From Pseudovirgaria hyperparasitica (lineage: Eukaryota), in assembly GCA_010093815.1 (NCBI GenBank), contig ML996577.1: 64,000 nucleotides of DNA; one strand, written 5' to 3'. Position numbers and translations under genes: made by a program. Below, piece by piece: positions 51,285 to 63,731 of this stretch (position 1 is its first letter; every line of letters starts with the position of its first letter). The notes under the pieces were generated by a model. The model saw nothing but the letters and a program-made list of their open reading frames with translations. It was not told the DNA's origin and did not search any database.

Positions 51285-52220
51285 ATGTCTTCGACAACAA
51301 CGACCGCCCCTGAAACACACATCGCCCTCGTCGGCGCCGGCACAATCGGCCTCTCCTTCGTCGCCCTACACCTCCAGTCGCTCCCCCCAACATCCCTCAC
51401 CATAATCGACACCCGCCCGGACCTCCCAGCGCACGTCTCACGCACCCTCAAGACCACCCTGCCCCCCGCCCAACATGCCCTCATCCCCTCCCTCATCCTC
51501 ACCCCCGACATCACCGCCGTCCGCAACGCGTCCATAGTCCAAGAATCCGGGCCCGAAAACCTGCCCTTCAAAACCGCCCTCTGGGCACAAGTAGAGCAAC
51601 ATGCTCCATCCTCGGCCCTGCTGTGGAGCAGCACAAGCGGGATCCCGGCGTCCGCACAGGCAGCGCACATGCGCGACCGCACTCGGCTGTGCGTCGTGCA
51701 TCCGTATAATCCGCCGGCGGTGATGCCGCTGTTGGAGGTGTGTCCGAGCGCGGACACATCGGCGGATGTGGTTGGGCGGACGATGGCGTTCTGGCGTGCG
51801 CGTGGCCGGGCGCCGGTGCTGGTGCGCAGGGAGGTGCCTGGGTTTGTGGCGAATCGGCTTGCGTTTGCGCTGTTGCGCGAGGCGGTGTATCTGGTTGAGC
51901 AAGGCGTGGTGTCGTTGGAGGATGTGGATCGGGTCGTTGAGGGGAGCATGGGCCCGCGGTGGGCAGTGGCTGGGCCGTTCAAGAGCTATCATGCTGGGGG
52001 AGGAGAGGGTGGATTGGAGGGGTTCTTTAAAAATATTGGAGGGACGGTCCAGAGTTGTTGGGATGATGCTGGGAGTGTGAATGTTGGGGAGAGGTGGGAG
52101 GAGAAGGTATTTCAGGAGGCGGAACAGGCGTATGGGAGGGTTGACACGGCGGAAAGGGACCAGATCACGAGAGCTGTACTGGAAGCTGTGAGGCGAGGTA
52201 AGGAAGGGAAGAACGCATGA
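51285..52220 (+). CDS. 3-hydroxyacyl-CoA dehydrogenase family (carnitine dehydrogenase/lambda-crystallin-like)
   Basis: Rossmann LVGAGTIG, VQESGPE, SSTSG, HPYNPP, GFVANRL, GPRWAVAGPF. Confidence 0.9.
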   Translation: MSSTTTTAPETHIALVGAGTIGLSFVALHLQSLPPTSLTIIDTRPDLPAHVSRTLKTTLPPAQHALIPSLILTPDITAVRNASIVQESGPENLPFKTALWAQVEQHAPSSALLWSSTSGIPASAQAAHMRDRTRLCVVHPYNPPAVMPLLEVCPSADTSADVVGRTMAFWRARGRAPVLVRREVPGFVANRLAFALLREAVYLVEQGVVSLEDVDRVVEGSMGPRWAVAGPFKSYHAGGGEGGLEGFFKNIGGTVQSCWDDAGSVNVGERWEEKVFQEAEQAYGRVDTAERDQITRAVLEAVRRGKEGKNA

Positions 52221-52379
52221 AATGAAGTGTAGAGTTCGAACATCATCGCGATTAATAGACCGTGCTTCAAGTCTGCTTGACTGTAAGTGTAGCATAAAGT
52301 TACAGTACCAACCAGTTCGCCATTTTTCCTTATACGCAAAAACGCCCACTTCGCCCTTTGAATATGCTAATCGTGTCCG

Positions 52380-53191
52380 TCATATGACCCAGCGATAACT
52401 CGCGTACCGTCCAGCCGTTTGACTTGGCCTGATAATCTTCACGACCTGCCCTCTCCTCAGCCCCATGTAGCGAGCCATGGGATCCGTGACCTGCATCCTT
52501 GGTAATTGCGTCTCTTTCAGCCGATAGCGCTCCAGCAGTGCGGTTTTCTCCTCTTTGGACAGTAGGATGTGCTTTGGTACGAGTTCGTGTCTGCTGATGT
52601 TGACGAGTAAGTCTTGGTCGCTGAATGTTTCGATTCCACCTGGAGGTTTGAATTCTTGATTTCCCTGTAAGAAGCGGTTTCCCATAGAGGTGATCGGCTC
52701 TTTCGTGATGAAGATACCCGTATAGAAGTTCTCGTCGTGCAGAGTATGGATGTATGTTCGTAATTCTTTCGTGCCAATCTGGCCGTCGGGTGCGAACTCG
52801 ATGCGTATAGTCCCGATCTGGGGCTTCGGGTCGGGAACCTTTGCTGTTGGCGGGTCGGTGTATTTTGCAAGCATCTCTTCGCTAGGTATGGCACGGAAGG
52901 AGAGGTTGCGACGACTGGATGTGTTATAAAGACTGTTCGCCAAAGCCGGGACGACTATCTTACTCAAGAATCCCATCTTGCATCTGAAACTTCCGCTTGA
53001 ACTCGTCGTACGTCATCTCAATCTCATCGGTAGAGATCTCGTAGCCCTGAGCCTCACGTTAGTATATTCAGTCTGCGCTGTAACACTCAAAACCGCATAC
53101 GTACTCTATCAGCGCACATTTGCTGCGCATTTCCTCGAACCTTCCATAGTCGCGTGAGCTCGCGGTCTGCCCTCTTCTGGTCCTCCGACAT
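52380..53191 (-). CDS. RPB5: DNA-directed RNA polymerases I/II/III subunit RPABC1, 3 exons
   Basis: QMCADR|GYE..., LLVNISRHELVPKHILLS, RYRLKETQLPRMQ..DP.ARY.GL.RGQVVKIIR.S.TAGRYASYR. Confidence 0.96.
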
Positions 53192-53426
53192 TTCAATTTA
53201 GAAATCGTCAGCGTTATGTGCGAGCGTGTGGGAAGTTGCGACAGTAAATTTGGCGTAAAGAGTGACTGAGGTCGCAATAATTTAAAGTTGAAGCGCGACG
53301 GCTCAGAATGGTCTTGATAGGACGTTCAAGCTAGTCGCAATACGGACTAGTAACGCAATTGAGGCCCGTTCGCAAGTGGTATAATATAAATCAACAACAA
53401 ACGCGTACAAAGTTATCTGCATTGCA

Positions 53427-54613
53427 ATGGCAGACCGACAAGCCGCACAAATCCCAGACCTTCGTTCTTTACTGTCATCACGAGGTCGTGGAGGCCTCCG
53501 AGCGAGAGGCCGTGCTAGACGAGGCTCTCCAGAACGTTTTCAGCATGAAAATACTCCCCAGGTCAAGGATACCATCGTGCAACGAACTGATCATGATGCT
53601 GCCGCTTCCAGAATGAGCGCAGTGGAGCTAGGCTACCTAGAAGATCCATATGCGAGATTATTCGCAACTGCACCTACTCCGAGACGCTTCCCGATCATGA
53701 ACAGAGGTGAGCTCGGTCTCGCGGCGCCCAACTGTATGATCTGCGCTGACAATCCGTAGGAACGTATATACGGACGTCAGCGATAGACAAGCTTGTAAAT
53801 AAGTTCCTGGACTCAAATCCAGATGTACAGAAGCAGATCATCTCCCTCGGAGCGGGAACAGATACTCGATACTTTCGCATCCTCTCCAAGTCACCGAGAA
53901 GTAGTCTGCTGTACCACGAGTTAGATTTCGCACACAATACAGGACATAAGATTGCAACTATCCAACGGACACCGGGTTTGTTGTCTCAGATCAAGGCGGC
54001 GCTTTCAAGCCCGGACGAACTAGAGATTTCTGAAGACGCGACTGTTCTGACGTCCCCTACTTACAATATTCATGCCATTGATCTTAGAAACATTGCCGCC
54101 GATCCTCCTCCTTCGCTACCGAACATTTCTTCGTCTGCTCCCACCTTGCTCATCTCAGAGTGTTGTCTCATCTATCTCACGCCAGAAGCCGCATCCCGAG
54201 TTTTGACGACATTGACTCAGCGCCTCATACCAGAGCCTACGCCTGTCGCAATCGTGCTATACGAGCCTATAAAGCCGAATGACTCCTTCGGACGTACTAT
54301 GGTATCAAATCTTGCCACAAGAGGCATCGTCCTAGAGACACTACAACAATATCCTTCGTTAGCAGCACAGAGAGATCGCTTTCGAGATGCTGGCTTTGTA
54401 GACGGACAAGGCGCAGCCGGTACAGACTTCATATATGACGCTTGGGTATCCTCGAAGGAAAAAGAGCGGGTCGCCGCCTTGGAGATGATGGACGAACTAG
54501 AGGAATGGTTGTTGCTAGCAAAGCACTACTGCGTTGCTTGGGGCTGGCGGAATGGAGGCGATTTCCGCTTCCAAGATGCCTGGACGACATTGAAAGGTCA
54601 GACAAACGAGTAG
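53427..54613 (+). CDS. PPM1: Leucine carboxyl methyltransferase 1 (PP2A methyltransferase), 2 exons
   Basis: TDHDAAASRMSAV..GYL.DP, PIMNR|GTYIRT, QIISLGAGTDTRYF, LISECCLIYL, YEPI, DELEEW.LL..HYC; intron 53708-53759. Confidence 0.92.
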
Positions 54614-56173
54614 CAAATGCTCGAGCCTTTCATTCCTCCTAAGTCAAATTGAGCTGCTGCGAAGGAAATCGCAAGGTCGAAATCGTCTAACGTCTCACCA
54701 TTCGTTGAACACTTAAATCAGTGTCGGCCGAACGACCTTGGAATTAGTCGTCTCTGCTGCGTGATATCCCCAAGGTTGCCACACCGGTAACGAGAGCCAT
54801 CAGATGGTCTGCGAGGTCATTGCCCAGAGCAGATCCCGCGCCTTCATAGTCCCCTGAACAGTGTCCCATCCACATCCAAAATATGCGAAAGGACTACTCT
54901 GTGGAAATAAAATGACCAGGGAAGGTTTGACTAGAACTCTTCCATGTCTGTAGAGAAGATCTAGGGCCGGACTGCCGTCCATAGATCTTTTCGAGTCTAT
55001 CAGAACCAAGACAATGACCCCACGAGTCCGGTCGCACCAATGCTCTATTGGCCCATTCCATGACACTTGGTGTTTGACTCTGAATTCCTGAGATCAAGAG
55101 ATGCATGATCATTCGGATCAGTGCATCAGGATGGTTACCCGCGTAAAAGCCCTGAAAGCTGTGTGCGCTTCCCGATTTCTGCGCGGATTCGGAAGTCGAA
55201 TGAGATAAGAACTGTGCGAGGATGTCCAAGACTGACAAAGTTCTAGCTATAGTCTCACCGCAAACAAGCAGGATCGTCCGGTAGCAAAAGCAACTTCTAT
55301 TCAGACCTAGTACCGCAATCCTAGGATGACTGTTGTCAAGCAGCGTCTCGTGGGAGTATATCCCAAAGAGGCGTCGCTGGGCACGTCTGATCCTCATTCG
55401 CGTAGTCTGGAAATTTGCCAGTTCATACCCCACGTCGGTATATTGGACGTTTTCTGGTTAAGTTCAGGACATAGTGTCCAAAAACGTCTTTAGACCTTGT
55501 CAGATTAAATGTTAGTGCCGTAGAAGTGACTTCAGTCTTTGACGAACATGAGATCGAGAGTACGCTCAACCAGACCTGCGAAGCACTACCATTCACAATG
55601 CCTGACTTTGGTAAGTGTAGCATTGTGCTCTGGAATATTCTACAATGACCTCGGTATCAGCAAGAACAGGACGTACTGGCCATGCTCACACGATTTTGGT
55701 ATTCTTAGCATCGATTAGTCGAGGAATAGGCGTAACAGCCCGACGAGCCAGTGGTCAAGTTCAGAGTCGCGCGGCATCACAAACCGTTGCTGTCCAGGAC
55801 GTGTTACGGCGAATGGTGATGTTATACAAATCACGAGTGCCTACCAAAGACTAAAAGGAGAAGGTCGAAAATGGTTTGGAGTGTGATGATACGACTGCCG
55901 ACATGTAACAGTACCACGCGACCGTAGATCTAACGGCAATAAATTCCGCTGACGACATGTAGATCTGTACAGGTCACAGCCTAGACCATGTCGGATTTAG
56001 ATGTGGCGCAGCACTTTGAATTAAGCTTCGAAGGGTATAGAACATGCCGATCTGCAACAGTTACGACAAAGTACCACGATGCGAGGTGTCGATGGAACTT
56101 CTTGGCGAGGAGTCCACCATGTGCATATACTATTCAGAAGTCCAGTAAAGGACTGAACTGACCTCTGCTATAC

Positions 56174-58371
56174 ATGTCTGAAATGGCGTACAGCAGCTCG
56201 ATACACGAAATTCTGCGCCTAGGGGATATTTCATTGCAGGTCTACCGACAATGTACGTGGATTGCTCCAAATGAAAGGACATGTTTTGATGGAGGTTGGA
56301 CTGGCATCGATGACATCACTGCGTTTCCAAAACTTAGCATTCCACACGCAGGCACTGACCAGCATAACACCAGGTCGCGACTCTCCTGGTCAATACAAAC
56401 ATCTGGCTAACGATGCCCGCCAACTTCACAGCATCTGGATTGACCTTTGCGACCTGATCAAGCAATACAAAGTCCCAGCGGAAGCGAAATCCGAGCTGAT
56501 CGAACGTGGTTTCCAGTGTAGGGATGTTCTTAGCGATGTCGAGGCCACAATTCGAAAGTACAACGGCAAGTCGCTGAAATCCAAGCGCGAATGGGACAAG
56601 CAGTCCTGGGACGACCAAGGAGGGCGTGGTCTCCAGCTCAAGCTGAATGCCTGTACCATCGAATTGAGCTCGTTTCACTGTAGCTTGATATTATCGGCTC
56701 AAGCAAAGATACAGGACGCTCTATCTCTACTCATCACGGATTACCTGAGCAGTAATACTAGCGGTACAACCACAAGCATGCTTGAAGCTGCAGTAGAAGC
56801 TGCGAATGGACGAGACGAAGTTACATGGCAACAACTCATCCGCGACTTAGAGGGCCTTGGCATTACAGAAGCAGTTGCGAGTGAAAACAGACCTGTCGTT
56901 GTCGAGCGGCTTGAAAGAGTGATGAATGGCGATCTGGTTGATGATGATTCGAGTGACCAGTCAAGTACTAGGCAACTGTCCATTCATGGCTCCAGTTCTG
57001 TGCCTACAATACCTGCCATGAGGAGAACAGAACTTGATGCCGGGGCAGCTGGTCCGTCTAACTGGACAGGTCAGGGATCATCCCTAGCACCAATTACAAC
57101 ATATCCCACGGAGCAGACAGCTGCTCTAGAGCCGCCCCCCTATGAAGACTTATCCAATCCAGCGATTTTCAGCATGGCGCAGACCGCTGTTGAAGCCTGG
57201 AATACAAGGAACTGGCCTGTCGCCATGGCAGCCATTGAGGAGATAATTCAGGCTGTACAATCTGGCGGTACGGTCGAAGTAGATGGTGGAGGCAGAAGTC
57301 AACCGGATATGCGCTTGCTTCAGCACCTCATGGGCGTGGCCGCAAGCTACGAAGGAGAGCTCGAGACGGCAAAGAAATGGTTCGAGATGGTGCTAGACCG
57401 GCCATACACGAAATCGATAGACCTGGATGAAGCGGAATGCGCCGCAGCCAGATGGCTCGGTGACACTTGCATAATGCTGGATGAACCCAAGAATGGCATC
57501 TTTGCCTGGGCAATGTCCTTCACGGGTCAACCCGGAGGAACCAAGAGTTTGATAGGGGCAAAGATCTGCGGAGAATTGAAGACTTTCGACGTGCAAATAC
57601 AAACAGTAAGAACACTTCTTGCGTCTCTCGAGCGCCAGAACAAGGACCCGACCACTATCTTCAAGACCGCCTCCCTAGGCGCGAAGATCCATGCCATCTC
57701 TTACGCATACAAGAAAATGGAGAAAGGTATGCCCGTATCCCCGTCGGCAATCTTGTTCAACACAGCTAACACACGCAGTCTTGTCCGAATATGGCTCTGC
57801 CTACAAACGCCACGGCAAGGACGTCAACATCAAACAAGACTACCTTCTCCGTCCCATGACCGGCCTTGAATGGCCAATCCCATGGGACCCTCTGTTCAGC
57901 GCAAGCAAGACAGCCACCTTCATCAGAACGTACCGCGACTGTCGCATGAACCGAACATTCTCAAACAACCCAAGCAAAAACCCCGACGATGCCTCACACA
58001 GCATGAAAAGCATGCCATACACAACCAAGCGCGATCTGGCATGGCTCACAGCGACCATCAGAGCATATCTCGAACAGCACAACATGCCATTCCTCGTCAT
58101 GAGCGACCACTTCACCGTGACGTTGGACCAAAGCATCAAGGGTGTGTTTTTCCGCGAGCACATCAACATCGACTTCAAAAAAGTGAGTATGCGCACTGCA
58201 TACGGCTTCAGGATTACGGATACCGAGAGCCAGACTAGAGCGTTCATGTTCGGGGAAGAGGAGGAGCAGCGGAGACAACGCCAGAACGATGCGCTTACCG
58301 AGAAGCTGATCTTGCATGTCGCTGCTGCTGACAGAGAGTCTGGCACGAGTGCCGCTGGGGGGGCTGGATGA
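56174..58371 (+). CDS. Hypothetical protein with HeLo-like/STAND-associated N-terminal helical domain and TPR-like segment, 3 exons
   Basis: Introns 56253-56373 and 57727-57778 join three ORFs in frame. N-terminus (I..I..L....LQVYRQCRDSPGQYKHLANDARQL), a WQQLIRDLEGLGIT motif, a PPPY motif and a TPR-like LMGVAASYEG.LETAKKWF segment. Confidence 0.7.
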
Positions 58372-59115
58372 TGCTTCTATGTACTATATATCCCGAGTTT
58401 CGCATACCTGTACTTCCACCGAATAGCAATGAAGTAGACGACTTGCCTGGGCGAGACATAGTATCTACCTAGACATCCATACGGTAGTGGCACTCTCACA
58501 CGGTCATAGCACCCTAGCACAACACCCAGTCCTCCCAACATCTCTCTCAGAACAATCCACCGCATATAACCCCCCTTCCTAAACCTTATCCTCCACGCAC
58601 ACGCGTCTATATAAGACGCCCGACATGGGGTGTATGCTACCACATACTTCATGTGACGACACCAGTCATCCATTGGCAGGAAAGACAGCGCTGCAGCAAA
58701 GAACGCTGCGCAGAGTCCGTGTAATAGATGGATAGAAGAACGGCTCGGTCGGGTTCAGTTCAGAGGAGGCCGATGTGAGGCTGAAGGCGCGATTGATGTA
58801 TCCATAGCGCGGCTGGCGGTGCAAGTGTCGGACTGCCAGCCAGGGTTTCCCGGCGCTAGCTTAGTGTGTGTGGTGTGTGTATATGGTATGGGCCCAGTGT
58901 ATTCCAGCATGTTGGGGGCGGAGTGTGGAATGGGATATGTAGAATGATATATATAAAGAGGGTTGAGATCTTTGGGATGTGCTTTTTTTCTATATCATAA
59001 TAGCTCATTCGGGTGTTCTATCGCCTGGTTGTATATTTTGTTTGTATATCTCATTCATCATCCCCTTTACTTGGACTACCGCACACCCAGGATCTAACTA
59101 GTTATTTTTATACAC

Positions 59116-60395
59116 ATGTCCTCCTCCGCAGAGCCCCAGCTCACAGACCTCCTCTCCGTACGCCACCTCTTCCACGGCGACGATGACTCGCACAAGCATA
59201 TCTGCCCGCAGGAACTCTCCGTCCCGACAATCCCCATAACGGGCTCCCTCACCTTCCACACCCTCGCCTCTCTGATCTCCGCCGGGGCAGCAGTCTTCGT
59301 GCTTGTCCTCAGCGTCATCCTCGTCTCGAACCACGCACGTCACTATGCCGCGCCGAGGGAACAGAGACAAGTCATACGCATAATATGTATCGTGCCGTTC
59401 TTTTCGGTCGTGGCGCTGCTTGTCATTTTGGCTGGGGAGAACGGGCAGTATGTTGAGCCGGCGAGGAGTGTGGGCGAGGCAGTTGCGATTGCGAGTTTCT
59501 TCTTGTTGTGTGCTGAGTATGTTGTTCTTGTGACGGAGGGGGCAAAGAGGATGGTTCGGAGTGGAAGGGCGCCTTGGTTGAAGGTGAGTGTGATGTTTTT
59601 TTTTCTCTTTGTCCCCGTTGGTCTGCGGATGCTGATGTCGGAGTAGAAAGTGTGGTATATGGTGTTGCAGTTCTTGCCGGTCAGTGTGTTGTTGTGGATC
59701 TTCACGGCTGCTACGTTTGCGACGGGGACGTATTGCAAGCAGTCGAACAAGCTCTACTTTGCACATATATGGCTCACGGTCATCACGTTCGTAACGACGT
59801 TTGCGGCACTTCTTGCGGTGATTAAGTTCTACCACATCATGAAGGTGGAGTTGAAGCCGCAGAGGGCACTGCTGCAGCTGTGTGCTTTCAAGGGCCTGGT
59901 TGCACTGTCGGTGTTGCAAAGTGTAAGTCGGTTGCTGGGACTGGCGGCGATGCAGCAAGGACTGACTTTACCCTGTAGTTCATCATCAACATTCTCCTCT
60001 CGACCAACACAATCAAACCTTCGGAACACATGTCATACGCAGACATCAATGAAGCACTACCGTCTCTTCTCATCAGTTGCGAGATGCCATTCTTCGCCGT
60101 CTTCTTCTTCTATGCTTTCGGCGCTGGTCGGTACAAGGCAAAGGTAACAAAACTGGAGAGTCGTGCCTGTTTCCGGGCCATCATCGATGCCGCCAACGTA
60201 TCAGATATCTTTTCGGCCTTTGTTCGTGGACCGGTGGGGCTGCTTCGTGAACACGGGCAGAAGTCCAGGCATACGCAGTCAGGAGAATATGTAGGGCTAG
60301 TCGCGAGTCCACCGCATTCCGACACCGTGCCAATTGTTACACGTCCTCTTCGACCGGTCTCGCCTTCGCCCGAAAGATATGAAGGTCGTGTTTGA
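59116..60395 (+). CDS. Organic solute transporter Ost-alpha/TMEM184 family, 3 exons
   Basis: HARHYAAPREQRQVIRI, EAVAIASFFLL, VLQF, FKGLV.L..LQ, LLISCEMPFFA; introns 59584-59646 and 59923-59978. Confidence 0.88.
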
Positions 60396-60539
60396 GGTTG
60401 TGTGTATACAAGCCGTGTTTGCATGTTGATGCCTTGAGATTGTATAAGATTTTGACATTGTGGATATTCGATGGAGCTTATTCTGTATGGCGAGGGCGTT
60501 TTGAGCTGGTTCATATCATAGATATTGCCCAAACGGTGA

Positions 60540-62218
60540 TTATAGAGCCGACAAAGAGCGTGTCGCTTCGTTGACTGCTGTTTGAAGACTTGCCATTGGA
60601 TTTTGTTTGTTATAGTTGCTCGTAAAACTGAGGATTACATCCGCTTGTCCGAGCCCAGGGACGTCTCTTATGTATTTGAGCACGCTGTGCATAAACTCGA
60701 TGCGGTGTGCATCGAGATTGGCGCGAAGTAGGAGCACCTGGAACGGCCACAAGATGAAGTAAGAGCCAATTGGTGGAGGATACGGACACGGTTTACGCTC
60801 TTCAATGGGACTCAGCTGGCCCAGTAGATATGGTACGGAGGCCAGGATGCCGTCAGCATAATCCTCCATGTTCGCTGTTGGCAACGATATTAGTTCATTT
60901 AGCATGCCTTCCTGCCCAAGTCCACCCATAGCCTTTAATCTAGTGACACATTTGAGGATAGCGTCTTTCACAAACACACGGCTACATCTCCAGAAGTTCC
61001 AGATTCCGGCCATGCGGAAATCAGAGTAGACATGGTACGAATTAAGCCAGTCAGGGTAGGCGAGAGGGAGTGTGCGTTGCTGCGCGGGAGCGATTGTGAC
61101 GGTCCGGTAGCTTCTCTTGTTGACCATGAGGTAAGGAAATTTGTCCAGCTCGGCTTCCAACTCGACCGCTGCATTGACATGATCAAGGAGCTCTATTGTA
61201 ATTGGTTCATGCAGGCTCATCTTGAGCTCCTGTGCTTTGGCGCAGTAGTTTGTCACACGTATGGCTGTGTCGCTGAATACAGAGATTGGGAACTTAGGGT
61301 TGTGGTTAAAAACAGGAACAAACGATGGACGAAGCGACTTGGACAAGCATGCCGCTTGCTGTCAGACCGTTAGAGTAAAACCTATAGATCAGAATAGAAC
61401 GACAGACCAGATGACTGAAGATGTATCGGACCATGCTTTGGCCGACATAAGTGTCGAATTGTTCAGGACCCCGCAATTTAATGATTAGCATCCAGCCGTC
61501 ATGGTGTATCTCCCAGAGCGAAGGCCTAACAGACTCTCGCACAATGACCTGCGTAGATGATCAGTGGCTCTAGCATCCATATAACCGATCCAACCCACCT
61601 CGTACAGACTCAACAAGATGACGGACGCCAAGGTTGAGTCTTTAGTTGCCTGGACGGGATCTTGAAGGGCTTCATTGAGGAAGCGTAATGTAGCGCCATG
61701 GGCAACACGAGCTTTGTAAAGTAAGTTTTCGTCCTTGATTTGCTTTGCTAGACTAGCAAAAGCAACAGAGTCCAAAGCTTTGAGGTACAATGGAGTTTGA
61801 TAGAGACCTTGCCTGGTCAATGAGTCTAGAAAGTCTAGGAATATGCCCTGTTGCCGATGCAGTAGGATGAAGCCAGTCATGGAGGAATCTCTGGACGGCA
61901 AAGCTCTCTGGTGCTATCGAGATGGGTGGAGAGAGCTTGTCTGAGGTTAAAGGACGTCCTCGTACAAAAATGTGTAGAGGCGGATATTGTAAGCCATCGC
62001 TCGTTTGATACTGATACTGATACTGGGGCGTAGTCTCCTTGCCATAGCCAGGACATCTTTGATGCTTGCGAAGACACTTTGTACAACCGGGGAGTCCTTG
62101 GTCGCACTGCAGGATCGGACGGATTAGCGTACGGTGCAGGTCTGGCCTGGTCACTTACTTTGACCTTCTTTTTCCTACAAGCAATACATGCACTGCCCGG
62201 GCGCCCGGGAAGTGACAT
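60540..62218 (-). CDS. Zn2Cys6 transcription factor with fungal-specific TF domain (apparent frameshift at about 61850)
   Basis: PGRPGSACIACRKKKVK|CDQGLPGCTKC...CPGY; LNEALQDP..ATKDSTLASVILLSLYE; WNFWRCSR; ILASVPYLLG. The frame changes between FLHDW and FLDFL. Confidence 0.78.
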
Positions 62219-63113
62219 GACGCAGGATTGACCGTGTGTCTATCCAGTGAACAGAAATTAGTTAGTTGTGACAAGATGTAAATAAGTCGAGGATGCATTG
62301 GGATAGATAGAGCGTAAGAGCATTCTCAAGAGTCGCGGCCATAATGCATCCATAGTTGCAGAGACAGAGATACCATTAATTACGATACAGACCTCGGAGT
62401 CTGGATCCGGATGATGGATAGCATCAAGGCACGTGATTGCGCAATGCGTCTTCTCGTGGTTATTGTTTTGGAAATAACATGATGATGCCTTTTGAGGTAC
62501 AGTATGACGATGTTCTCATCAATCATCCACACTTTTCTGCGGTGTCTGTGCCTTCTTAACCGAAACTGGCCGTCTATATTACTCTGCCTCCACTTAAGGA
62601 TCATAATCAGCACCGCAGTCAGTTTGAATGGAACGCCAGTACCAAACAGGAAGGCCACTCGAAACACTTATTGTTGTTGACCGCAAACGCCCAAGCCAGC
62701 TGGTAGAGGTACATTTCGAATGATATTTATTAATCGTGGCTTCGTGAATGTTAGCCAGGGTGTTTATCCAAGCCTTCTGTCTCCGATTGGCTCCGTTCCG
62801 CTTCCGTGACGCGCACTGTTGCTATTGCTCTTCTACCTATGCCAACTACCGTGGCGGCGGCGATTGAGGGACTGAGATGTCCGAGGGCGTCTAACCCTAT
62901 GATGGATAGTCTACTGCGGATGCTACCAGAGTACCTGGTCATAGTCTTTAGATACCTACCACAAGCAGTCAAGATTGGCGTCTGAGTCCCCTGCCGGCGA
63001 TAGACGATCAATTGAGCAAGCAGAAGCTCAGCTGCGGCGTTGTATATAAACGACCGTTGTAGCCAGTCTGCGAGCATGTATCTTATCGCAGTGATAGCTC
63101 GTTCTATGCAGCG

Positions 63114-63491
63114 ATGATGCTTCTCGAGAACCTCCTCACGGCCTCGACGTTGGTAGGCCTCGTCTTTGCAGCTCCCACAACTCCAACTCGCAACAACGGC
63201 TCCCCTTGTGCTGCCGTGAGTTCTGCTGTCGCTGCTCAGCCAGGCGTAGCGACTCCTACTGTCGGCGCAGAGCTGGCTTATGAGTGCATCAACAGCGTGC
63301 CACTCAACAAGACGGCTGCCCTGAACCTGATCCAGGCCGTCAAGCCGTACTTTCGCTGGCAGAGCACGACCAGTTGGCTCAAGGACCCGCCGGCTGAGTA
63401 CGTCGCAAAGGTCCAGGAGCCTGTCGACATCTTTGGAGAGCTCGACGTGATTGAGGAGAATGTGAAGAGCAAGTGGACGAAGGAGTACGAG
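63114..63491 (+). CDS. Secreted peptidase S41 (CPAF-like) family protein, first exon only; gene continues beyond the window
   Basis: Signal peptide, PCAAVS, AELAYECINSVP, YFRWQSTTSWLKDPP, VDIFGELD..., EYE followed by a GTGAGT donor at 63492. Confidence 0.72.
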
Positions 63492-63731
63492 GTGAGTGCC
63501 CTTTGCTTTCTACTGTATATCAGTCTTCTTCGTCTTCTTCTTCTTGTCCAGCCGTTGGAATTAGGCTCTTTGTTTGGTGGGAACAGCCTGCCTTGCTGTA
63601 CAAAACACGGGCCTGAAGGCGCCACTTCCGGGGGGCTTTGTCTTGGCCGATACGCCCCAAATCTGCGAATCTTCCCGCCAATCTTCCCGCCAAAGATCTG
63701 CCAACTCACACGCAATCTCTCGCTAATCAGG

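Noticed and set aside
51206..52349. Long antisense ORFs (258 and 303 aa) over the 3-hydroxyacyl-CoA dehydrogenase
   Set aside because: Shadow ORFs caused by GC-rich codon bias; no recognisable motifs.
54780..55860. 179-aa minus-strand ORF and neighbours between PPM1 and the HeLo-like gene
   Set aside because: No ATG context or family motifs; may be decayed sequence but this cannot be supported.
59098..59958. 286-aa antisense ORF over the Ost-alpha gene
   Set aside because: His/Gln/Arg-rich mirror of a hydrophobic membrane protein; runs through introns of the real gene.
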